Of a stretch of DNA of 64,000 nt, positions 47,323-57,011 are shown one piece after another. The notes below the pieces were generated by a model. It was not told where the DNA came from. It saw only the letters and a list, made by a program, of their open reading frames with translations, and did no database searches. The DNA is from Nanobdellota archaeon (GTDB lineage Archaea > Nanobdellota > Nanobdellia > Pacearchaeales > GW2011-AR1), in assembly GCA_030698805.1 (NCBI GenBank), contig JAUYMA010000008.1, positions 22,266-86,265 on the forward strand, written 5' to 3'. Both the position numbers and the translations under genes were made by a program. How positions within the stretch are numbered: the stretch's first letter is position 1; every line of letters starts with the position of its first letter.

Positions 47323-47742
47323 ATGAAAGTCTACATAGCGGGCAAGATATGGACTGAGAGTGAGAAAGAGATCTTAGAAAGGATAGACCAATTATGCAAG
47401 AAACTAGGATTGAAAACATTTCTTCCACACAGGGATGCTGGATTCGCTAAAAGCATAAAAGATGCTCCGAAAATCTTCAAGGCCGATATTACTGATGGTT
47501 TCAAGGATGTCAAATTGGTGATAGCCTCCTTGGACGGTTTACATGTTGGAGCGGGAACTGCCTGGGAACTTGGATATGCGTACGCAAAGGGAATTCAGAC
47601 CATAGGAATAAAAACCGATGAGAGCCCGGAAGAGGGATTTGAGTATCTTTCCTCAATCCTCATTGCAAGCACACCCATAGTAAATTCTTTTGGAGAATTG
47701 GAAAAGAAGTTAAAGGCATTCATTTCAGAAAATCAGAAATGA
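47323..47742 (+). CDS. nucleoside 2-deoxyribosyltransferase-like protein
   Basis: MKVYIAGKIW... and GLHVGAGTAWELGYAYAKG matching the NDT family (D-x-GT-x-x-E-x-G-Y-A); start at internal Met. Confidence 0.55.
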   Translation: MKVYIAGKIWTESEKEILERIDQLCKKLGLKTFLPHRDAGFAKSIKDAPKIFKADITDGFKDVKLVIASLDGLHVGAGTAWELGYAYAKGIQTIGIKTDESPEEGFEYLSSILIASTPIVNSFGELEKKLKAFISENQK

Positions 47743-47787
47743 TCACTCTTACAGAAAATATATAAAGTTTTTAAAACGAATAAATCT

Positions 47788-48138
47788 ATGCGTCAGGATA
47801 AAATTAATTCTTCGCTAATTATGGCAGTTTCTATTATTGCTTTTCTTGTGTTAGCCGCCATATTGGTTCTCATTTGGTACAATATGCCAAATAGTACAGA
47901 AAATAATGGATACAATCCCCCTGTTTATTCTAATAATACTGATAATGCTGGAAATTTGTGCTATGAAGAAGGCAGAGATTCTGATTTCTGTACGGAACAA
48001 TACGATCCTGTTTGTGGATGGTTTAATCAAAATATACAATGCATAAAATATCCCTGCGCACAAACTTATAGCAACAGTTGTTTTGCTTGCCTGGATGATA
48101 AAGTAGAATATTGGACAAAGGGGCAGTGCCCTGCCTGA
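47788..48138 (+). CDS. membrane-anchored Kazal-like Cys-rich protein (putative protease inhibitor domain)
   Basis: N-terminal TM; C-x11-C-x3-Y-D-PVCG-...-TYSNSC-x2-C-...-C resembles the Kazal signature (PVCG...TY.N.C..C). Confidence 0.5.
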   Translation: MRQDKINSSLIMAVSIIAFLVLAAILVLIWYNMPNSTENNGYNPPVYSNNTDNAGNLCYEEGRDSDFCTEQYDPVCGWFNQNIQCIKYPCAQTYSNSCFACLDDKVEYWTKGQCPA

Positions 48139-48143
48139 TTAAT

Positions 48144-49049
48144 CTAATCTAAAGTCTTAGTGCTATCAGTGGTTGCTTCACCCCTCCAACCATCAGCATA
48201 ACTTCTCTTTTTCTTTAGTTCTTTGAAAGCCTTGAAATATAAGTAGAAACGTGCTGCAAAAGCCTCTAAAGTCCACCAGAATTCTTTAAAATTATGCGGA
48301 TATCTTAAAGCAAATAAAGCCCCCCATCTGATTTCATTGATGAAAGACTTTGTTCTTGGCATATCCGGAGCTATTTTATTCAGATTTTCGTGAGCTTTCA
48401 CATTTCTTACTTTTTGTGCGAGCCAGTCTTTCCAGTTTTCAGGGTTCTTGACATACACTTCAGCCTTTGGAACATATTTCATTTTATATCCTTTTTTCCA
48501 AAATAGATAAGGAATAATGCTATCTTCGCTTGTCTCCAGAGGAAAGTCAAGAATTACTCCTTTTCGTATTGCGAATAGATATCCCGAGCACTCAAAGAAT
48601 TGCCGGTTTTCTGATAATTCTCTTCTCACTCTATCAATGCCTGTAAAAAATAGGTGGGCCCAATAACCATACTTTTTGCCTCTAGGGTCAAGAGGCATTG
48701 GCCTGCCAGTCACACAACCTACTTCTTTATCTTGGAAAGCTTTGACCATGTCTTCCAAGGCGTTATCTGAAACATACACATCCCCATCCGTAAGAATGAA
48801 TAAATCTTCTTTGTTATTTGAGGCATATTCCTGGAATAAAAGATTTAGAGCGTATGACTTGCCCTCTGCAGGATCTAAAAAGAACTTGAATCGTTTATCT
48901 TTGATCTTTTTCTTCAAGAAATCCTCCACCTCTGGAAAAGGATCTACCACTGTAACTCTCAGATCTTTTCTCTTTTTTTTAAGAAAAACCTCTACCGCCC
49001 TAAGAGTGGATTTTGGCTCTTTAAATGAAGCTATTATTACATCGATCAT
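48144..49049 (-). CDS. GT2 glycosyltransferase (paralog B)
   Basis: IDVIIASFKEPKST, LTDGDVYV; same architecture as 45391..46263. Confidence 0.7.
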   Translation of the reverse strand: MIDVIIASFKEPKSTLRAVEVFLKKKRKDLRVTVVDPFPEVEDFLKKKIKDKRFKFFLDPAEGKSYALNLLFQEYASNNKEDLFILTDGDVYVSDNALEDMVKAFQDKEVGCVTGRPMPLDPRGKKYGYWAHLFFTGIDRVRRELSENRQFFECSGYLFAIRKGVILDFPLETSEDSIIPYLFWKKGYKMKYVPKAEVYVKNPENWKDWLAQKVRNVKAHENLNKIAPDMPRTKSFINEIRWGALFALRYPHNFKEFWWTLEAFAARFYLYFKAFKELKKKRSYADGWRGEATTDSTKTLD

Positions 49050-49051
49050 AT

Positions 49052-49258
49052 TTAAACCTCAAAGGGATAATCTTCTGGACGAATAATGGTTACTTTTTCT
49101 CCTGCTGAAGTCTTGACAACCAGCCTAACTTTTTTCGTTCCTTGCTTCCCTATATCTGACATTTCTATTTCTTCCACTGCTGCCTTGTTGCCGCCTATTA
49201 ATATGAAATCTCCTTTCTTTAGCTCCTTGGCTTTCTTCTTCATATCTCGGTTTGCCAA
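49052..49258 (-). CDS. small basic protein, possible SH3/KOW-like nucleic-acid-binding fold
   Basis: 68 aa, Lys-rich; GDFILIGG...KKVRLVVKTSAGEKVTIIRPEDYPFEV beta-rich; family uncertain. Confidence 0.3.
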   Translation of the reverse strand: MANRDMKKKAKELKKGDFILIGGNKAAVEEIEMSDIGKQGTKKVRLVVKTSAGEKVTIIRPEDYPFEV

Positions 49259-49293
49259 AACAAATTTATAAAGTTTGTTGGTCTCAAGATTAA

Positions 49294-50016
49294 ATGAAAA
49301 ATGCGATAGTGCTATGTTCTGGAGGCCTAGACAGCGTAGTTACTGCACATCATATGAAAAAGAACTTAGGATATGAGCGAGTCATTATTTTATTCTTCAA
49401 TTATGGACAAAGAGCTGTGAAACAAGAAAGAAAAGCTGCAAAAAAATGCTGTTCTGATCTGAATACAGAATTTATGGAGATAAAAATAGATGAGATAAAA
49501 AAGATCTCCAGATCTTTAATTAATATTAAAAGCAGAGTGCAGCGAGTTCGTAGGAAAGAATTGAAAGATACTAAAAAGGAATCAGATAAATGGTATGTTC
49601 CTTGTCGGAATATTATTTTCCTCAGTTATGCCTTGGCTTTGGCAGAGTCTCTCTATTTAAAAGATAAGAATATTTTTGATATTGCAGTCGGTTTTAAAAA
49701 TGAAGGGGAAGAAGGATTTCCTGACGCCAGTGGGGAATTTGTCAAAGAATTTAATAAAATTAACAGAATTGCTTGTAAAAAGCCTTTTAGAATAATTGCT
49801 CCTCTGATAAAAAAGGATAAAGAAGATATTGTTTTATTAGGAGACGATCTGAAGGTAAGGCTTGAAGAAACTTTTAGCTGTTATTCTGGAGAAGGAGGAG
49901 GAAAGCATTGCGGCTATTGTCTTGCCTGCAGATTAAGACAAGAAGGATTCTATTGGGCCAACATATCTGATCTTACAAAGTATCAAGTTAGAATGCCTGA
50001 TTCTAAAAAACCCTGA
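49294..50016 (+). CDS. queC: 7-cyano-7-deazaguanine synthase QueC
   Basis: PP-loop LCSGGLDS; CRN; C-terminal zinc ligands CYSGEGGGKHCGYCLACRLR. Confidence 0.8.
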   Translation: MKNAIVLCSGGLDSVVTAHHMKKNLGYERVIILFFNYGQRAVKQERKAAKKCCSDLNTEFMEIKIDEIKKISRSLINIKSRVQRVRRKELKDTKKESDKWYVPCRNIIFLSYALALAESLYLKDKNIFDIAVGFKNEGEEGFPDASGEFVKEFNKINRIACKKPFRIIAPLIKKDKEDIVLLGDDLKVRLEETFSCYSGEGGGKHCGYCLACRLRQEGFYWANISDLTKYQVRMPDSKKP

Positions 50017-50042
50017 CTTCGAATATTCCTACTGAAAGATTA

Positions 50043-50834
50043 TTAATTTTTTCTCTCATTGTAAAAATCAATCATTCTTTGGTATTTTAATCGTTTTGAA
50101 GTATAAGAAAGGAATTCATCTAATCTAGCCTCAAACTTTTTTGGAGAGCATAGTTTACTCGTCCTGCTTTGAGGAATATTTATCATATCCCAAGAGTGCA
50201 TGACAAATACTAGGGGGATTTTTAGAAACTTATACATGGGAATCAGAAATTTATAATAACCTTTAGGATAAACTTTCAATTCGAATCCCCCAGTTGATAT
50301 GAAGAAAGAGGCGCGAGGTATCTCTAATAATTTCCCATAAATATCATAAGGAATAAAATTAGATAATAAGTTTTTTATTACATCCTTTTTAGATGTCTTC
50401 TTTCTCAAAAGATGCCTCATTAGCATTAAGTTCTCTGGAGTTCGAGAAGAATCATATTTGAATCCTTTTTGACTGAGTATTGCTATTGTGTCTTCATCTA
50501 TGCTATGCTGGGGAGCTCTAAAACCTAGTGGCTTAGATCTCAAATACTTCTTGAAACATCCTAGAGACTTATTTATCCTGTCTTCCTTTTCTTTCTTAGA
50601 TAAATTGTCAAATCTTTCATGCCTGTATCCATGCAGAGCTATTTCGTGTCCTTCTTTTATTAAGTTTTTAAACAGTGCAGGATATTTTTCCATGCAATCA
50701 CAAGTAGTAAAAAAAGTAGCTTTCACCTTATACTTCGCAAGCATCTTGGATAAGCGAGGCATTCCATCCACTACGCCTTTAAAGGTATTATTGTGAAGAT
50801 CAGGCTCTACATCTACTGAGAATAGGGCATTCAT
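50043..50834 (-). CDS. polysaccharide deacetylase (CE4/NodB family)
   Basis: FSVDVEPD (catalytic D-x-D/E start), HGYRHE His motif. Confidence 0.75.
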   Translation of the reverse strand: MNALFSVDVEPDLHNNTFKGVVDGMPRLSKMLAKYKVKATFFTTCDCMEKYPALFKNLIKEGHEIALHGYRHERFDNLSKKEKEDRINKSLGCFKKYLRSKPLGFRAPQHSIDEDTIAILSQKGFKYDSSRTPENLMLMRHLLRKKTSKKDVIKNLLSNFIPYDIYGKLLEIPRASFFISTGGFELKVYPKGYYKFLIPMYKFLKIPLVFVMHSWDMINIPQSRTSKLCSPKKFEARLDEFLSYTSKRLKYQRMIDFYNERKN

Positions 50835-50884
50835 AAAAGGGAATAGGCGAAAAGCTTTATAAAACTTAACTTCTCCTCTTATAA

Positions 50885-51607
50885 ATGAGTAGGAATTTTA
50901 GTGAATACTACAAGAATAGAGGAGTTGTTGATACCTATGATTCTCAGAGATTGGGAGGATTAAAAGGAAAAGTGACCAGGAAATTAGAATATGTTTTTGT
51001 GGATATGCTTACTGAGATACCGAAGAAACAAAAAATATTAGAAATAGGAGTTGGCACGGGATTCTTCTCAAAGATGTTAGCGGCTAAAGGAAATTTTACC
51101 GGATTGGATATAAGTGAAGAGATGTTAAAGAAGACAAAAAGGATTTTACCTAAATCTAAATTTGTAACTGGAAATATATTAGACCTAAGATTGAAGGATA
51201 AATATGATAAGGTTATTACTATAAGAGTCATTAGTCATTTTGACAAAACCAAAGCAGGATTGGCTTTGAAGAACATAAATAAAGTAGTTAAGAAAGGGGG
51301 AGAGGTCATATTTAATTTAGAGAATAGATCTATTGCCAGGAGAATATTGAGAAAGATAACTAATTGGGGCAGCACTTATACTTATCAATACAATAAAAGA
51401 GACATGCAGTCTCTTATTAAATCCTCAGGTTTTGATAATGTCAAAGTTTTTTATCTTGACCATTTCTTTATTCTTCCCTTGCATCTTATTAATAAGTTAT
51501 TATTCAATTCCCTAGAAGAAGCTATTTTTAACCTGGAGATGAGATTAAAGCATTTTGCACCTTTCTCGAATACCCTATTCATAAAATGCAGAAAGCAATA
51601 CTCTTAG
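50885..51607 (+). CDS. class I SAM-dependent methyltransferase
   Basis: ILEIGVGTGFFS motif I, GLDISEEML motif II. Confidence 0.7.
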   Translation: MSRNFSEYYKNRGVVDTYDSQRLGGLKGKVTRKLEYVFVDMLTEIPKKQKILEIGVGTGFFSKMLAAKGNFTGLDISEEMLKKTKRILPKSKFVTGNILDLRLKDKYDKVITIRVISHFDKTKAGLALKNINKVVKKGGEVIFNLENRSIARRILRKITNWGSTYTYQYNKRDMQSLIKSSGFDNVKVFYLDHFFILPLHLINKLLFNSLEEAIFNLEMRLKHFAPFSNTLFIKCRKQYS

Positions 51608-52611
51608 GAACTGACCTACATGGCGATCAAAGCGAATTGGCTGCAAAATTAGTTAATGATTTAAGAAAAGAATTTGATCTAAGAAAGATAAATTATAAAA
51701 CTCTATCTATACAAAATAGGAAAGAGTCTCGCAAAGAAAAAAATACTTTGATTGTTCCTAGATTTACTAAATTATCTCCGTTAAGGAAAATTATTCAAGC
51801 TTTTCTTCTCCCTATTAATTTGCTTTTCCTCAGAACCAAATATAAGAACATAATAACTTTCTGGACTGCTGACCAGAAATATCATTCTTACTTATTTGCC
51901 TTCCTTAAAAAAATAGGATATGTTATAAATTTCACAGTAATTTCAGGCTATGACAAGAAGTATTCTGCGCTGGCCTACTGTGATTCCATAATTTGTCAGA
52001 GCGAAAAAATGTACAATCACCTTATTAAAAAATTTCCTAGTAAAAACTTGAGAATTATATATCCCTGGGCAAATATGTCTATATTTAATCCTTCGAAGAA
52101 AGAATATGATATCCTCATTCCCAGTGTTCCATATAAAGTTCGAGACTTTAAAGAGAGAGGAATGGAAAAAATTATTGAACTTTTAAAAACTGGGAAATTC
52201 AAGTCTAAAGTGATATTCAGAAGCCAGGAATCTTACGATTATTTCAAGAATTCAGGCGTAAGAAATACTGAACTTATCAATAAGATTCTTGGTGAAAAGG
52301 AACTCGCAAAAATAATGGCCAAGGCCAAGGTAATACCTCTCTTATATTCTAAAGGGTGTCCAGATATGCCTTTAAGTGCCATAGAAGGCATGGCCTGCGG
52401 ATGCGCCATCATAACTACTTCGGAAACTGGGCTGTCTGAAATTATCCAGAAAAATAAATGCGGGGCGATCCATAAGGAAGGATCAAATTTATTAATTGAT
52501 TTAAAGAAAGTTCTTTCAATAAAAGAATTCAGCTTAAATGCAGTTAAATTTTCTAGAAATAATTTTGATAAGAAAAAGAATGTTAAAGAATATGTTAAAT
52601 TGATTGAATGA
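51586..52611 (+). CDS. GT4-like glycosyltransferase
   Basis: C-terminal PLSAIEGMACGCAIITTSETGLSEII (E-x7-E) of the GT-B fold. Confidence 0.6.
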   Translation: MQKAILLGTDLHGDQSELAAKLVNDLRKEFDLRKINYKTLSIQNRKESRKEKNTLIVPRFTKLSPLRKIIQAFLLPINLLFLRTKYKNIITFWTADQKYHSYLFAFLKKIGYVINFTVISGYDKKYSALAYCDSIICQSEKMYNHLIKKFPSKNLRIIYPWANMSIFNPSKKEYDILIPSVPYKVRDFKERGMEKIIELLKTGKFKSKVIFRSQESYDYFKNSGVRNTELINKILGEKELAKIMAKAKVIPLLYSKGCPDMPLSAIEGMACGCAIITTSETGLSEIIQKNKCGAIHKEGSNLLIDLKKVLSIKEFSLNAVKFSRNNFDKKKNVKEYVKLIE

Positions 52612-52656
52612 TTATATCCCTATAATCTTTATAAATAGAAATCCTCCTCAGGAATT

Positions 52657-53850
52657 ATGAAAAGGCCTTATGTTATCATAGGGGGAGGAATTGTAGGAAG
52701 TTCTATTGCTTATCATTTAGCTCGAGAGGGTTGTGATGTTTGTGTTTTGGAGAAAGAGCCCGCAGTAGCTTTACACGCCAGTGGAAGAAACAGTGGAGTC
52801 TTGCATTCTGGAATAAACTATAGGCCTAGAAGTGAAAAGTCTAATTTTTGCATTGCTGGAAATTATGAGACAAAAGAATTTTGCAGGGCAGAAGGTGTTC
52901 CGTTTAATGAATGCGGGACAATAGTTATAGCTAGGAGTAACGAAGAGAAAGACAGGCTTAAGACTCAATACAATCTGATTAAAACCGCAAATATCCCTGG
53001 GCTGCGTTATATAGAAAAGAAAGGTATCGAGGAGATATTTGAACGTGAACCTGCAATCACAAAAGAGGCTCGGGAAGCGATATTCTCACCTACTGGCGCA
53101 ATAGTTGATAGTCCTGTTTTAACGGCAGCAATTGCAGCAAGAGCACAAAAGCATGGAGCCAGATATATTTTCAATGCAGAGGTTAATGATATTAAGGGAT
53201 TAGATCTTATTACAACTTGTGGAGATATTAAAGCAGGACATATTGTGAACGCCGCTGGACTATATGCTGATAAGATGGCCCACATGATGGGAATAGGAAA
53301 AGAACACCGGGTCATTCCTTTTCTAGGAAAATACTGGCAAGTTTGCAATGTGCCTATAAATTCAATGGTATATGTCGCCCCTAATCTTCAATTTCCATTT
53401 TTAGGCGTACATTTCACCGCTTCTATAGATGGGAGAGTTCTGGCAGGTCCAAATTCTGCCCTTGCCTTAGGCAGAGAGAGTTATAATGGAGAATTAAATT
53501 TTCAAGAATTAAGAGAAGCTGTATTGACAAAGAATTTTGCGCGTATGGCTATGAGCCGAAAGTTTTTGAAAATGGCATATGAAAACTCTCTTACTGCATT
53601 TTTCCAATCTCGCTTTTTGGCAGAAATTCAAAGTTTGACATCCTTCCCTGTCGAAGCAAGGGATATTTTGCCCTATAGGGCAGGCATTCGTGCGCAAATG
53701 GTCAGTACAAATGGACAGATGTTGGATGATTTAGTAGTGGAATACAGAGAGAATTCAACCCATGTCATTAATGCAGTGTCCCCAAGCATGACTTGTGCTT
53801 TACCATTTGGAAGAAAAGTAGCTGAGACTATTGTAAAGAGAAAATATTAA
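52657..53850 (+). CDS. FAD-dependent oxidoreductase (DAO family, L-2-hydroxyglutarate oxidase/G3P dehydrogenase-like)
   Basis: YVIIGGGIVGSSIAYHLA...VCVLEKE dinucleotide-binding motif; ~400 aa DAO architecture. Confidence 0.7.
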   Translation: MKRPYVIIGGGIVGSSIAYHLAREGCDVCVLEKEPAVALHASGRNSGVLHSGINYRPRSEKSNFCIAGNYETKEFCRAEGVPFNECGTIVIARSNEEKDRLKTQYNLIKTANIPGLRYIEKKGIEEIFEREPAITKEAREAIFSPTGAIVDSPVLTAAIAARAQKHGARYIFNAEVNDIKGLDLITTCGDIKAGHIVNAAGLYADKMAHMMGIGKEHRVIPFLGKYWQVCNVPINSMVYVAPNLQFPFLGVHFTASIDGRVLAGPNSALALGRESYNGELNFQELREAVLTKNFARMAMSRKFLKMAYENSLTAFFQSRFLAEIQSLTSFPVEARDILPYRAGIRAQMVSTNGQMLDDLVVEYRENSTHVINAVSPSMTCALPFGRKVAETIVKRKY

Positions 53851-53932
53851 AATTAGATTAATTAATTCATATAATTGAATAGTTATAATACAGATTAGTA
53901 TTATTTATAAGTAAAAATAAGCCAAAATTTAC

Positions 53933-54883
53933 ATGAGCAAAGAGAGAATTTTAATTACTGGAGGTGCAGGATACCTAGGAAATGTTATGACTAGACATTT
54001 CCTCGATCAAGGATTTCAAGTTGGATGTCTAGATAATCTTTTATATCGCCAAGATTATTCTATTTTTCCTCTCGCGGCAAATCCGGATTTTGAATTTATT
54101 CATGGAGACGTAAGAGATAAGGCTCTATTGGAGAGAGTAATTCCTCGATACGATATCATTATTCCTTTGGCAGCTATTGTAGGTGCCCCTGCTTCCAAAG
54201 CCAGGCCAGTTGATACTGAAACTGTTAATCGGGATGCTATTATTACCCTTGATCAAATAAGAAGCGCTAATCAAAGACTATTATTCCCAAACACCAATAG
54301 CGGCTATGGTACTAAGAGCGGTCAATTTGAATGTGACGAAAATACTCCTTTAGAGCCTATTTCATTATATGGAACAACTAAGTGCGAGGGAGAAAAAACT
54401 TTGAGAGAGTCATCGAAAGGAGGGGTTATCTTTAGATTAGCAAGTGTCTTTGGAGTCTCACCTAGAATGCGCTTGGATCTATCTTTCCATAGTATGGTCG
54501 TGGATGCATTGACTAAGAAAGCAATTGTATTATCAGAAGGTAATTTTACTAGAAACTACGTATATATAGGGGATGTTGCTCAAGCATTTGCTTTTGGTAT
54601 CCAAAATTATGATCAAATGAATGGTGAAGCATATAACTTAGGATCTGATCAGGCCAATATTTCTAAGAATGATCTTGCTGCTAAAGTTGCTAAACATATA
54701 CCCGGCACTCAATTATTCCAACATGAAGTAGAAAGGGATGAGGATAAGAGAAACTATTTAGTATCCAACGATAAATTAAGAAAAGCAGGTTTTGAAGCCA
54801 AGACTAGTTTAGAGACAGGCATAGCTGAAGTCACTCGAGGTGTTTCCATTATGTTAAAAAATAATCCTCATAAAAATATTTAA
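53933..54883 (+). CDS. NAD-dependent sugar epimerase/dehydratase (SDR)
   Basis: ILITGGAGYLGN Rossmann; YGTTK (Y-x3-K). Confidence 0.8.
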   Translation: MSKERILITGGAGYLGNVMTRHFLDQGFQVGCLDNLLYRQDYSIFPLAANPDFEFIHGDVRDKALLERVIPRYDIIIPLAAIVGAPASKARPVDTETVNRDAIITLDQIRSANQRLLFPNTNSGYGTKSGQFECDENTPLEPISLYGTTKCEGEKTLRESSKGGVIFRLASVFGVSPRMRLDLSFHSMVVDALTKKAIVLSEGNFTRNYVYIGDVAQAFAFGIQNYDQMNGEAYNLGSDQANISKNDLAAKVAKHIPGTQLFQHEVERDEDKRNYLVSNDKLRKAGFEAKTSLETGIAEVTRGVSIMLKNNPHKNI

Positions 54884-54942
54884 TAGGGATAAATGTTAAA
54901 TTTTTATACTAACTTTGGCCCCAAATTTAAAGGTAACTAAAG

Positions 54943-56979
54943 ATGAAAGCTATTATTCTTGCTGGCGGTTTCGGGAATAGATTACATGGGGAATTGAAAG
55001 ATGTTCCAAAGCCAATGGCCCCTGTATTAGGTAAACCGTTTCTTGAACATCAATTCTTGTTTTTAAAAGAACAGGGAATAACTGAGATTATTCTTGCAGT
55101 GCATCATATGTCTGATAAGATAAAGTCTTATTTTGGCAGCGGTTTGAGGTGGGCTTTAGATGTAACCTACTCTGAAGAAGATTCTCCCTTGGGAACTGGA
55201 GGGGCACTAAAAAAAGCTCAGAAATACTTAAATGAAACTTTCTTAGTATTAAATGGGGATTCTTACTGCCAGGTGGATATAAAAGAGATGCTTGAATTTC
55301 ATAAAAGGAATAAAGGTTTGATAACTGCAAGTCTAACCAAGACAAATGAACCTGAGCATTATGGCAAGGTAGAAGTATCCGCAGATAAGATAGTTAATTT
55401 TATTGAGAAAAATCCCAATCTTGCAGGGAAAGAGGAATTGATAAATGCTGGAGTTTACATCGTTGAACCTGAAGTGTTAAATTATATAGAGGTAGATAAA
55501 AATATTTCTTTAGAGAAAGATCTCTTTCCAAGATTAGTCAATGAAGGTCTTCTCTCAGGTTTTATCCATGAAGGATATTTTATAGATATTAGCCGGCCTG
55601 AAACTTACAAGAAATTTAGAGAGGACGCGCTTAAGACTTTATTCATGTCTCAAAATCATACTTTAGCAGATGCGATGCGCAAAATGACTCGATCTGGAAT
55701 GGATATCATATTAGTGGTTGATGAGAAGGATAGATTGTTGGGGGTTGTAACTGAAAGGATAATTCATAGATTCCTTCTCAGGGGAGGAAAACTAGACGAC
55801 TCCCTTGAAAAAGTCATGGTAAGGGATCCTGTGAAAGCTAAGACCAGTGATGATGAAACTAAGATACAGGAATTATTACTTACGGGCATTCAAAGATTGC
55901 CTATTGTAGATGAGGAAAATGTGGTTAAAGCGGTTGAATTTAGAACTGAAAAAGTCAAAACAGAAAACTTTCCAGTTGTCAGAGGGAAGGCTCCATTAAG
56001 AATAAGTTTTGCAGGAGGAGGAACAGACTTGCCTTATTTCTTTGAAAAACATGGGGGTGTTGTCATGAGTGCAACTATAGATAAATACTGCCATGCCTCA
56101 ATGGTTAGAAGAGCAGACTCTAAGGTGATAATAAATTCAGATACTGGCGAGGAGGATATATTTGACTCTAAAAAAATAAATTATGATGGCAAATTTGATT
56201 TAATTAAAGCTATCGTAAATATAATGAAACCTGATTTCGGCTTTGAATTATATATTCACAATGATATTCCTCCTGGCAGAGGATTGGGCTCTTCTGCAAG
56301 TATGGCTGTTTTAGTAGTTAGCTTATTGAGTCACCTTCAAAATTCTAATTACGATGATTATAAAATAGCTGAAATAGCCTACAAAGCTGAGAGGGATGAA
56401 TTAAAGATAAAGGGAGGGTGGCAGGATCAATATGCCGCAGTAAGTGGAGGATTTAATTTTATGGAATTTAATCCTGAAAAAACTATAATTTATCCTTTAA
56501 GATTAAAGCCTGATGTTGTACATGAATTGAATGAATGCTTGACCCTATGCTACGCTGGAGGATCTCATTACTCGAGTGATCTGCATGCTGTACAGGAAAA
56601 AAGCTTCTCTGAAAATGAAACTGAGGCGGTAGTGAAATTAAATGAGCTAAAGATCTTAGCAAGCAAAATAAAAGATTGCCTTCTCACTAATGATTTAGAA
56701 ACAATAGGAAAGATGCTGCATGAATCATGGGAAAATAAAAAGAAATTAAATAAAATAGTAACGAATAGCGAGATTGATAATTTATATGAGCTCGGGCTGC
56801 GAAACGGGGCCTATGGTGGGAGATTGCTTGGGGCCGGTGGAGGAGGATACATTCTTTTCTTTCATCCCCCTCATAAAAAGAGCAAATTAAAAAAAGCAAT
56901 AACTGACGCTGGACGAGAGGTAGTTAGTTTTAATTTTGAATTTAATGGCACTCACATTTACCCTGTTAAAGGTAAATAA
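54943..56979 (+). CDS. tri-domain sugar-phosphate nucleotidyltransferase, CBS pair and GHMP kinase (HddC/HddA-like heptose pathway fusion)
   Basis: N-terminal KAIILAGGFGNRL (G-x-G-x-R NTase); central CBS pair (ADAMRKMTRSGMDIILVVDEKDRLLGVVTE...); C-terminal GHMP kinase motifs PLRISFAGGGTD and PPGRGLGSSASMAVL. Confidence 0.8.
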   Translation: MKAIILAGGFGNRLHGELKDVPKPMAPVLGKPFLEHQFLFLKEQGITEIILAVHHMSDKIKSYFGSGLRWALDVTYSEEDSPLGTGGALKKAQKYLNETFLVLNGDSYCQVDIKEMLEFHKRNKGLITASLTKTNEPEHYGKVEVSADKIVNFIEKNPNLAGKEELINAGVYIVEPEVLNYIEVDKNISLEKDLFPRLVNEGLLSGFIHEGYFIDISRPETYKKFREDALKTLFMSQNHTLADAMRKMTRSGMDIILVVDEKDRLLGVVTERIIHRFLLRGGKLDDSLEKVMVRDPVKAKTSDDETKIQELLLTGIQRLPIVDEENVVKAVEFRTEKVKTENFPVVRGKAPLRISFAGGGTDLPYFFEKHGGVVMSATIDKYCHASMVRRADSKVIINSDTGEEDIFDSKKINYDGKFDLIKAIVNIMKPDFGFELYIHNDIPPGRGLGSSASMAVLVVSLLSHLQNSNYDDYKIAEIAYKAERDELKIKGGWQDQYAAVSGGFNFMEFNPEKTIIYPLRLKPDVVHELNECLTLCYAGGSHYSSDLHAVQEKSFSENETEAVVKLNELKILASKIKDCLLTNDLETIGKMLHESWENKKKLNKIVTNSEIDNLYELGLRNGAYGGRLLGAGGGGYILFFHPPHKKSKLKKAITDAGREVVSFNFEFNGTHIYPVKGK

Positions 56980-57011
56980 TACACTACAGAAAACCTTAAA
57001 ACTCAGTAGAA

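Noticed and set aside
49052-49258. Calling the 68-aa basic protein Cren7, Sul7d or a specific ribosomal protein
   Set aside because: Only vague SH3/KOW-like resemblance (…KTSAGEKVTIIRPEDYPFEV); no diagnostic motif, so left as hypothetical.
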